DNA of 64,000 nucleotides from an uncultured Dialister sp. (GTDB lineage Bacteria; Bacillota; Negativicutes; Veillonellales; Dialisteraceae): NCBI GenBank assembly GCA_964587685.1, contig CAZPLS010000001.1, positions 14,134 to 78,133 of the forward strand, read 5' to 3'. Shown piece by piece: positions 57,310 to 64,000 of this stretch (position 1 is its first letter; each line of letters starts with the position of its first letter). The notes under the pieces were generated by a model. It saw only the letters and a program-made list of their open reading frames with translations, ran no database searches and was not told where the DNA came from. The position numbers and the translations under genes were made by a program.

Positions 57310-57972
57310 TCAGATAATACCCAGCGCCAGCACCTTCGCCACGTGACGGCTGCATGTCTTCAGCTCGCTCACCACATTGTCAGGCACCTTGTCATCCGTG
57401 TGAATGATCATCACCGCGTCGTCGCCGCGCTTTTTACGGAACACCTTCATATTGGAAATGTTGAGGTGGTATCCGGCGAGGATCAGGCAGACCTGCGCAA
57501 TCACGCCAGGCACGTCCTGGTGATGCACAATGAGGGTGTATTCCTCTCCCCCGATTTCCACGGAATAGCCGTCAATATCCGTAATCAGCACGCGGCCCCC
57601 TCCCAGGGAACGCCCCACCGTGTGGACCTTGCGGCCGCTCACACCCACGGCACGAATGGCAGCCACGTTCGGATGCCCCTTTTCCTCATTGGAATAATGG
57701 AAGCGCATATTCACGCCCATTTTGCAGGCCAGGTTTATCGCGTCCCGGATTTTATCCGATGAGGGGGGAAATCCGAGAAGGCCCGCCGCCAGCGCCTTGT
57801 CCGTGCCATGGCCCTGTCCTGTCTTGGCAAAGGACCCATACAAAGTGATATCCGCCGAAACCATCTTTTCCCCCAGAATCTCCAGCGTGAGCCGGCCGAT
57901 ACGCGCCGCCCCCGCGGTGTGCGAGCTGGACGGGCCTATCATGACGGGTCCGACAATGTCAAAAATGCCCAT
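57310..57972 (-). CDS. sdaAB: L-serine ammonia-lyase, iron-sulfur-dependent, beta subunit
   Basis: FDIVGPVMIGPSSSHTAGAARIG N-terminus and a C-terminal ACT-like domain. Confidence 0.9.
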   Translation of the reverse strand: MGIFDIVGPVMIGPSSSHTAGAARIGRLTLEILGEKMVSADITLYGSFAKTGQGHGTDKALAAGLLGFPPSSDKIRDAINLACKMGVNMRFHYSNEEKGHPNVAAIRAVGVSGRKVHTVGRSLGGGRVLITDIDGYSVEIGGEEYTLIVHHQDVPGVIAQVCLILAGYHLNISNMKVFRKKRGDDAVMIIHTDDKVPDNVVSELKTCSRHVAKVLALGII

Positions 57973-58017
57973 ACTATCTCCTTATGCAAAGAACCAGGCG
58001 CCAAAGCCCTTACCGTT

Positions 58018-58053
58018 CAAAAACGGCGCCGCGCATTATTCGACGCGGCGTCC
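58018..58053 (-). terminator. intrinsic terminator after the 474-aa membrane-protein gene
   Basis: 9-bp GC-rich stem (GGCGCCGCG/CGCGGCGTC) followed by GTTTTTG on the minus strand. Confidence 0.6.
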
Positions 58054-58077
58054 TCTTCCAATCATATATTTATCCAT

Positions 58078-59499
58078 TTACATCCAGTGGGACAGGTCAA
58101 ATTCTTCCCCAATCAGCTCCCGCACATGAATCTGCGCGATGTACATACCCATGAGCGTAAGAGAGGACCGGCGAAGCAGACTGCCGTCCCATACCTTCTG
58201 CAGCTCTGCCAGCGCCGGGGCGGTCCGGCGGAGGATGTGCTCCATTTCCTTCCGGTCATACACCACAGGGCGGGAATGGAGCAGCGCGTTCAGCAGTGTC
58301 TGCTCCCGCTCGCTGTCAATGTGGTATTTTTCAAAATATTCCGGCAGCAGGGAATCATCAATCACCGCCGCCTTGAAATAGGTATTGAACAAGCTCGGCA
58401 CAATAGAGCCCGCCGGCCATTCGGGCCGTATATTTTCCAGCTCCGACTTCATGCAGCCGCGGTAGGAAAAGACGAGCGGGTAGGAATCGCGAAGGACCTG
58501 TCCAAAGGAGATATCCTTGTTTTCCAATGACACGCAGTGGAGGTACTCCAGCTGCTGGTAGCCGCTGTATTCACTGGGAAGCCCCTGCAGACAGGGCGCC
58601 ACATAGCGCTCCGCATAGGCCTTCAGCGCCGGGGCGCTCACGTTTTCCATATTCCGGGAATAATGAAACAGAAGCAGCAGCGCCAGGGCGTGGAACTGCT
58701 CCATTTCCATTCGGGGCATGACCCGCAGCGCATCATAGGCAAGAATTGTCCGCGTGTCGTATTTATTTCCCTGCGCCACATCGTAGAACGCATCGCCCAC
58801 CATTCCGAGCACCGTTTCGTTGGGAAGCATCACATAGGTCCGCTGCGCGTTCTGCAGGGCCTCCTGCACCATGATGTGCGTGAGCACATCAGAAGCCTCT
58901 TTCCCTGCGAGCGCCCGGGCCCGTTCAATGAGATGGTGAGTGACCGTGCGCGTATCCTGCGCCGCCGTGCGGGATACCGCGCCGTACTGGTTCAAAAAAT
59001 GGCGCACAAAATATTCCTCCAGCACCTCCGGCGGCTGGGGATTTTCCATAATTTTGGGCTCCGGCTCCAGGGCAAAGCCCTTGGACCTCGGCCGGATTTT
59101 TCTTTCTGATACAGCCGATATGCCCGACACTTCATTCCGATCAAATACGCGGGTCGCCCCGTCCTCGGTTTCCTGGCGAAGCGCGCCCACATGGATGACC
59201 TGGGTGGCTTCATTGACCTGCCCGGCAGACGGACTGGGCTGTATATCCGACGCATCCCTGGCGGGCTCAGGACGACGGACTTTGTTTACGTATCGCTTCC
59301 CTCTGGAGACTCCCTCCGAAAGCAAGGCACGCACATAGAACGTTCCATTGGCGGGCATTCCGCACACCGCGACCCAGCAAACGCAGAAAAACGCCGCGGT
59401 CACAAGGAGCACTACCGCAACGGTAAAATAAATAGAAAGCAACAGCGCCCCTCCTTTTGCACTGAAACTCCCACAATCGGGCAAAAAAATCAATTTCAT
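58078..59499 (-). CDS. hypothetical membrane-anchored protein with large C-terminal helical domain
   Basis: Long ORF with normal codon texture. One N-terminal TM helix (LLLSIYFTVAVVLLVTAAFFCVCWVAV), a Pro/Ser/Glu-rich linker, and about 330 aa of soluble domain with no motif I recognise. Start at ATG 59499 is uncertain because the RBS is weak. Confidence 0.6.
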   Translation of the reverse strand: MKLIFLPDCGSFSAKGGALLLSIYFTVAVVLLVTAAFFCVCWVAVCGMPANGTFYVRALLSEGVSRGKRYVNKVRRPEPARDASDIQPSPSAGQVNEATQVIHVGALRQETEDGATRVFDRNEVSGISAVSERKIRPRSKGFALEPEPKIMENPQPPEVLEEYFVRHFLNQYGAVSRTAAQDTRTVTHHLIERARALAGKEASDVLTHIMVQEALQNAQRTYVMLPNETVLGMVGDAFYDVAQGNKYDTRTILAYDALRVMPRMEMEQFHALALLLLFHYSRNMENVSAPALKAYAERYVAPCLQGLPSEYSGYQQLEYLHCVSLENKDISFGQVLRDSYPLVFSYRGCMKSELENIRPEWPAGSIVPSLFNTYFKAAVIDDSLLPEYFEKYHIDSEREQTLLNALLHSRPVVYDRKEMEHILRRTAPALAELQKVWDGSLLRRSSLTLMGMYIAQIHVRELIGEEFDLSHWM

Positions 59500-59582
59500 G
59501 TTATCATAATTGAAATCAACCTTCAAGAAACGCGCGGAAAATCCCGGCGGCGCTTCCCCTATCCTCTTTTCCGGAGGCTTCC

Positions 59583-60362
59583 ATGATTTCTCTGTCCTGC
59601 GGGGGCACACTTCATCAAACAGAGACCGCCCTCCTTCTTTCCTTTTCCGGCGTACGCACCGTCCTTTCCACCTCCCTCTGGGGCGGCGGCTTTCGGCAGG
59701 TGCGCTGGGCCCTCAACCAGAAGCTCACCGGCTACTGGCCGCACGAGGCAGACTTCCCCGGCGGATCGCCCGCGGCATACCTCCGCCTCTCGCTCATTGA
59801 GGCCGGATGCAGGCCGGAGGAAAGCTGCGCCTTTCTCACCTCCGCCAGCATGGATAAGTACCGCCGCACCGTCCGCCAGGCCCACGGAATCACCGTAGAA
59901 GTCATTGCCACGGGAGGCGTGGAAAAAACGGCCGTCCGCGCAGGGGATCCCCCGCTTTACCGCGAGGAAAACGGGCAGTACGTCCCTCATGGAACGATCA
60001 ACCTTATGGTGCTCACCAACGTATCTCTTCCGGACTATACCATGGTGCGCGCCCTCCTGACCTGCACGGAAGGGAAAACCGCGGCGCTTCAGGACATGGG
60101 CACCGCCAGCATCGTATCCGGTCTGCCCGCCACGGGCACCGCCACAGACGGCCTTATGATCATCACCAATCCCGCAGGCCCGTGCCTCACCGATGCGGGT
60201 ACGTTTTCTCTCTTCGGCGCGCTTCTCGCCGGAACGGTTCACGATACGGTCGTACGCTGCCTCACCGATTTCGGCCGTCCCTGGAATACCTTTGATTCCC
60301 TTCGCACGCCTGCCGCGGCAGACATCCAAAACGCAAAAAACAAGGATGGCTTTCCTCCCTGA
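59583..60362 (+). CDS. cbiZ: adenosylcobinamide amidohydrolase
   Basis: 259 aa. Family motifs STSLWGGGF, GTINLMVLTN, ATGTATDGLMII. Confidence 0.8.
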   Translation: MISLSCGGTLHQTETALLLSFSGVRTVLSTSLWGGGFRQVRWALNQKLTGYWPHEADFPGGSPAAYLRLSLIEAGCRPEESCAFLTSASMDKYRRTVRQAHGITVEVIATGGVEKTAVRAGDPPLYREENGQYVPHGTINLMVLTNVSLPDYTMVRALLTCTEGKTAALQDMGTASIVSGLPATGTATDGLMIITNPAGPCLTDAGTFSLFGALLAGTVHDTVVRCLTDFGRPWNTFDSLRTPAAADIQNAKNKDGFPP

Positions 60363-60476
60363 CAGGCCCCGTAATTTTTCATCGACAAATACCATGGCTT
60401 TTGTTATGATAAATTCAGAATTGTAAAATATATGTATTTGCCGCTTCATGATTTCAGAAAGGGACGTGGTAGGGTA

Positions 60477-61520
60477 ATGCCTTATGACGAGCGAACCATC
60501 CGGGAATTAAAAGAATCCGCAGAAATCATTCCCATGGGCATGCAGCTTGAGGTGAATGCGGAAATTTTCACCGTCATCCATAATCTGCTCGTCGGCATGC
60601 GGGACACCTCCGACATTCTGCCGGACGATTTATCCACATTGTACAGACTGTGGCGCCGCACCATCCGCCATATGGCCAGGGTGGAGCTCCGTACGGGCCA
60701 CGGTATTTCCGTTGATGACCAGATTGCCATGCTCCGTCAGGCCTTTGCCATTGAAAGCAAGTACATCAAGGATCAGGTCTTCCGCCCCATTACGGGCGTA
60801 AAAATAACGAAAAAGCTCATCCAGAAGGAAAGCGCCTTTGATGAAGATGAAATGCGCCTTCTTTTTGAACAAAAGGTGTGGCCCTCCATCGCCGGCAGCA
60901 AAACGGGCGACCTGGACGCGCCCACGGCTTACATTGTGGCCGGTCAGCCCGGGTCGGGAAAAACCCGCATGTCCTCCGTCATCATTGAGGAATACGATGC
61001 GGACATCATCCAGTCCATGGGCGATAACTTCCGCGGATTCCATCCCCGGTACCAGGAGCTGCTCAGAAAATACGGCCAGTACTGTGCGTACTTTTCCCTG
61101 CCCCAGGCCAAATTTCTCTCCATGCTCACCCTGCACCGCGCCGCTGAGGGGCGATACAACCTCATCCAGGAGGGCGCGCTGGAAAATGTGGAGCAGACCA
61201 AGAAGACCATTGCATTCCTGAAGAGCAAGGGCTACAGCGTCATCATCATGCTCCGCGCCTGTCCGCGAAAGAAAAGCTGGAAAGCCATTCATCAGCTCTA
61301 CATCCAGCAGCGCCTCAAGGCGCCCGGGTTGTCCCGCCTGATTACGAAGAAATACCATGACGCTGCCTGTCTGTCCTTCCTGTCCGCCACCAATGAGCTC
61401 ATCAAGCAGAATCTCATGGACAGGCTCGTTATCCACAGCCCCAAGGGACTGATTTACGACAGCGATGACCTGCCCACGGAAAGCGTGGCGGAGATTCTTT
61501 CCAAACGTATGAAGCAGTAA
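60477..61520 (+). CDS. zeta-toxin/PezT-family P-loop kinase with about 115-aa N-terminal extension
   Basis: Walker A GQPGSGKT at about residues 156-163. GDNFRGFHPRYQELLRKYG parallels the PezT motif DNDTFKQQHPNFDELVKLY. YNLIQEG...KGYSVIIM core. Start trimmed to MPYDERT. Confidence 0.75.
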   Translation: MPYDERTIRELKESAEIIPMGMQLEVNAEIFTVIHNLLVGMRDTSDILPDDLSTLYRLWRRTIRHMARVELRTGHGISVDDQIAMLRQAFAIESKYIKDQVFRPITGVKITKKLIQKESAFDEDEMRLLFEQKVWPSIAGSKTGDLDAPTAYIVAGQPGSGKTRMSSVIIEEYDADIIQSMGDNFRGFHPRYQELLRKYGQYCAYFSLPQAKFLSMLTLHRAAEGRYNLIQEGALENVEQTKKTIAFLKSKGYSVIIMLRACPRKKSWKAIHQLYIQQRLKAPGLSRLITKKYHDAACLSFLSATNELIKQNLMDRLVIHSPKGLIYDSDDLPTESVAEILSKRMKQ

Positions 61521-61543
61521 GCAGCAGCAATGCTGCTTTTTTT
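61520..61543 (+). terminator. intrinsic terminator directly after the zeta-like gene
   Basis: AGCAGCA-GCAA-TGCTGCT hairpin followed by a T6-7 run. It ends 12 nt before the queG ATG. Confidence 0.65.
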
Positions 61544-61555
61544 ACGGAGGCTGCC

Positions 61556-62446
61556 ATGTCACTGGCTGCATTGATCAAAAACGCCGCAGGCACTCTCGGC
61601 CTTGATGCGTGCGGCATCTGCGTCCGCGACGACGGGCAAGAGCTCCTGCGCCGCCTCGCCGACGCCGGTCCCATCCCCTTTGCGCCGCCTGCAGAAAAGC
61701 GCCTCTCCTGGGACGCCGTGCTTCCGGGAGCCCTCTCTGCCGTGGTCTGTCTCTTCCCCTACAAGCCGGACCAGAGGGAGCAGGGAAACATTGCCCTCTA
61801 CGCCCGCCCCATAGATTACCACCGGATCAACCGGCAATACCTGTCCCGCCTCTCCGACGTCATCCTCTCCATGGCTCCCGGGGCGCAGTGCGCGGCCATT
61901 ACCGATACGAGCCCCCTTACTGACCGATGGCTTGCCTGGCGGGCCGGACTGGGCTTCTTCGGAAAGAACCACTGCCTCATCCATCCGAAATACGGGTCGT
62001 TTTTTACCATAGGGGCGCTTCTCACAACCATCCCCCTTGCGCCGGACCGCCCCATGGCCAGCCGGTGCGGATCCTGCCGCGCCTGCATTGACGCCTGTCC
62101 CGGCCGGGCCCTGTCGGAGACGCAGCTTCACCCGTGGCGATGCAAATCGTACATCACACAGAAGAAGGAACCCCTCACCGCGGAAGAGGAAGCCATCCTC
62201 CGCCGCACGCCCCTTCTCTTCGGCTGCGATGAATGCCAGCGCATCTGTCCCTGGAACCGACAGGCCGCGCCGTCACCCCTGCGGGAAATCAAAGAGCAGC
62301 GCATCCCTTCCCTCTCCGCGGAGGAACTCCGCAGCCTTTCCTCCCGGGCCTTCCTGAAAAAATACGGCGCCTATGCCTTCGCCTGGCGGGGAAAAACCAT
62401 CCTCACCCGCAACCTGGCGGTTCTGGAAGAAAATAAAGAATCATAA
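61556..62446 (+). CDS. queG: tRNA epoxyqueuosine(34) reductase (cobalamin- and 4Fe-4S-dependent), short form
   Basis: CGSCRACIDACP and CDECQRICPWN ferredoxin motifs, GFFGKNHCLIHPKYGSFF core. GGAGG RBS. Confidence 0.85.
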   Translation: MSLAALIKNAAGTLGLDACGICVRDDGQELLRRLADAGPIPFAPPAEKRLSWDAVLPGALSAVVCLFPYKPDQREQGNIALYARPIDYHRINRQYLSRLSDVILSMAPGAQCAAITDTSPLTDRWLAWRAGLGFFGKNHCLIHPKYGSFFTIGALLTTIPLAPDRPMASRCGSCRACIDACPGRALSETQLHPWRCKSYITQKKEPLTAEEEAILRRTPLLFGCDECQRICPWNRQAAPSPLREIKEQRIPSLSAEELRSLSSRAFLKKYGAYAFAWRGKTILTRNLAVLEENKES

Positions 62447-62493
62447 AAACCCTTCCCTCGTCCAAACGGACAAAGGAAGGGTTTTGTTTTTTC
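62447..62493. terminator. bidirectional intrinsic terminator between queG and the 62495-62980 gene
   Basis: AAACCCTTCC/GGAAGGGTTT stem followed by TTGTTTTTT. Confidence 0.7.
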
Positions 62494-62494
62494 A

Positions 62495-62980
62495 TCAGTC
62501 CCGGCAGGTGATCCCCACCACCCGGCCAAAGCTGACCTCTATGACGAGACGCCCCCCGGCGCCTTCCTCTGCAAAATACCAGAGGTAATCGGACTCCCCG
62601 TCAATCTGCCGAAAATCCGGCTCTCCGTAAGCATGCAGAACGTCATCCAACGTGGATCCCACGGTAATGCCGTCCGGCGTGGCAATGTTATTGTGCCGCT
62701 CCCGCGACATCAGCCACAGCACCGTACCGTCCTCCTCCAGCACCGCAACAAAAAAGGAGTCACCGTAATTATATTCCTTTACATATTGATCCTGCACCTG
62801 GTTGAAGCTTCGGCTTACTGCGGCCGGCGGACCATAGGTCTGCTTCACGTAATCTTCGGTAGAACTCACTGTGATCCCGCCAAGCGCCATGCGCCCTGCA
62901 TCGATGCGCGCGTCTGCCGTTCCCGCGATGCAAAAAAACACCGCCGCTGCGGCGGATATCATCCATGCTTTCCCATTCAT
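62495..62980 (-). CDS. hypothetical exported protein
   Basis: Start trimmed to MNGKAWMISAAAAVFFCIAGTADA behind GGAAAGGAGGG. About 135-aa mature domain with no recognised motif. Confidence 0.6.
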   Translation of the reverse strand: MNGKAWMISAAAAVFFCIAGTADARIDAGRMALGGITVSSTEDYVKQTYGPPAAVSRSFNQVQDQYVKEYNYGDSFFVAVLEEDGTVLWLMSRERHNNIATPDGITVGSTLDDVLHAYGEPDFRQIDGESDYLWYFAEEGAGGRLVIEVSFGRVVGITCRD

Positions 62981-63109
62981 TGCCAGCCCTCCTTTCCTGT
63001 TCCATTGTACCATAGCGTGCATTTCTTTTTGAAAATCTACTCCTGCTGTAGTAAGCTATAATTGATAAATATTGTTGTACTTTGTTGTATTCCCTGTAAG
63101 GAGATTGCC

Positions 63110-64000
63110 ATGAAAAAATTTCTTTCCTTTCTGTTCCTGCTCTGCATGACCGTTGCCTTCGCCGGCTGCGGCGGAAGCAGCACTTCGCCGCAGCCGAGCG
63201 GCTCCTCCCCGGCCAAAGTTACGCTGGGCATGCTTCGCCTCACAAGCAGCGCTCCCCTTTTTATCGCCATGGACAAGGGGTATTTCACTGAAGAGGGCAT
63301 TGAAATCGATCCCCAATGGTTTGATGCGGCCCAGCCCATCGCAGTGGCTACCGCCTCCTCTCAAATTGACGTGGGCGCCACAGGAATAACCGCCGGCCTC
63401 TACAACATGGCGGCCCAGGGCCAAAAGCTCTACATTGTCGCTGACAAAGGCCGGGAAGAAAAAGGATTTCCCTCCTCTGCCCTCCTTGCCAATACCGCCG
63501 CCTATGACGATGGCCTCCAGTCCATTGAAGACCTTCGCGGCAAGCGCATCGGCATGACGCAGAAGGGCTCCACTTACGAATACATGATCGGCCGCCTTCT
63601 TGAATCCAGGGGGCTTTCCCTTGATGACGTAACCCTTGTGCCGCTCGGCAAACTGTCTGCTGTGATGGCTGCGCTTCAAAGCGGTCAAATTGACGCATGC
63701 GTCCTGAATGAACCCAACGTGTCAAAATCCATCACAGAAGGCTACGGCCGTCTCATCATACAGGTCGGAGACGTCATCCCGTACCAGACATCGGCCGTCT
63801 TCTATTCCCCTGAATTTGCCCAAAACACCGATGTGGGCACCCGCTTTATGAAGGCATACCACAGAGCCTGCCAGGATTACTATGCGGCAGCCATAGAGAA
63901 AAAGGACCCGGCGCTCCTCGATGAAGCCATCGCCATCATTGCCAAATATGTGAAGGCGCCGGAAGAAGATATCCGGGTATCCCTTCCCTATATCGACCGG
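63110..64000 (+). CDS. ABC transporter substrate-binding lipoprotein, NMT1/THI5 (nitrate/sulfonate/taurine-type) family; 3' end outside the window
   Basis: Not in the ORF track because there is no stop codon before the window end. My translation from the ATG at 63110 (behind AAGGAG) runs open for 297 codons: MKKFLSFLFLLCMTVAFAGCGG (lipobox)...LGMLRLTSSAPLFIAMDKGYFTEEGIE... Confidence 0.8.
   Translation, partial: MKKFLSFLFLLCMTVAFAGCGGSSTSPQPSGSSPAKVTLGMLRLTSSAPLFIAMDKGYFTEEGIEIDPQWFDAAQPIAVATASSQIDVGATGITAGLYNMAAQGQKLYIVADKGREEKGFPSSALLANTAAYDDGLQSIEDLRGKRIGMTQKGSTYEYMIGRLLESRGLSLDDVTLVPLGKLSAVMAALQSGQIDACVLNEPNVSKSITEGYGRLIIQVGDVIPYQTSAVFYSPEFAQNTDVGTRFMKAYHRACQDYYAAAIEKKDPALLDEAIAIIAKYVKAPEEDIRVSLPYIDR

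Noticed and set aside
1-64000. CRISPR arrays, tRNA/rRNA genes, transposases, integrases and prophage blocks
   Set aside because: I scanned the intergenic regions and the ORF translations. I found no short regularly spaced repeats, no cloverleaf-like or rRNA-like segments in the few long intergenic gaps, and no DDE, tyrosine or serine recombinase motifs.

Overview
GC-rich (by eye) chromosomal segment with a Bacillota/Firmicutes signature: holB-yaaT(ricT)-yabB-rsmI-metG-tatD synteny, three T-box leaders, and many lipoproteins or exported proteins, so possibly Negativicutes- or Clostridia-like. Most of it is core metabolism, mainly on the minus strand. Gene content in order: (1) trpE-trpG flanked by two 100% identical 300-bp copies of a Trp-type T-box leader. 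(2) An ApbE-centred operon with two exported flavodoxin-like lipoproteins, a DUF4405 membrane protein, a NusG_II lipoprotein and a Gx transporter. (3) A signal-peptide CbiK, a BtuF/FecB-like binding protein and a FecCD/FecE-type ABC importer. (4) An anaerobic cobalamin operon, yajQ-cbiD-E-T-F-G-H-J-C. (5) A rhodanese lipoprotein, then a radical-SAM/DUF4130 DNA-metabolism pair. (6) An orphan citC. (7) The housekeeping block tatD, metG, rsmI, yabB, ricT, holB. (8) A HAD hydrolase and a CDF transporter. (9) The complete his operon hisZGDCBHAF(IE). (10) The pyr operon pyrB-pyrC-carA-carB-pyrK-pyrD. (11) A stand-alone OLD-family ATPase/TOPRIM nuclease. (12) ybaK and budA. (13) A T-box-controlled serC-serA-histidine-phosphatase operon. 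(14) rplM-rpsI and sdaAB-sdaAA. (15) An orphan membrane-anchored 474-aa protein. (16) cbiZ, a long zeta-toxin-like kinase and queG. (17) A small exported protein and a partial NMT1-type binding protein at the window end. I saw no rRNA, tRNA, CRISPR array, transposase or integrase. The items most worth follow-up are the exported-flavodoxin/DUF4405/ApbE module with its conserved DASTSAS heptad, the stand-alone OLD nuclease wedged against the pyr promoter, the EzeT-like long zeta kinase, the perfectly duplicated Trp T-box leader, and a Ser-operon T-box with two tandem antiterminator/terminator modules behind a single Stem I. All functional calls rest on reading motifs in the supplied translations and on remembered family knowledge; no database search was run.
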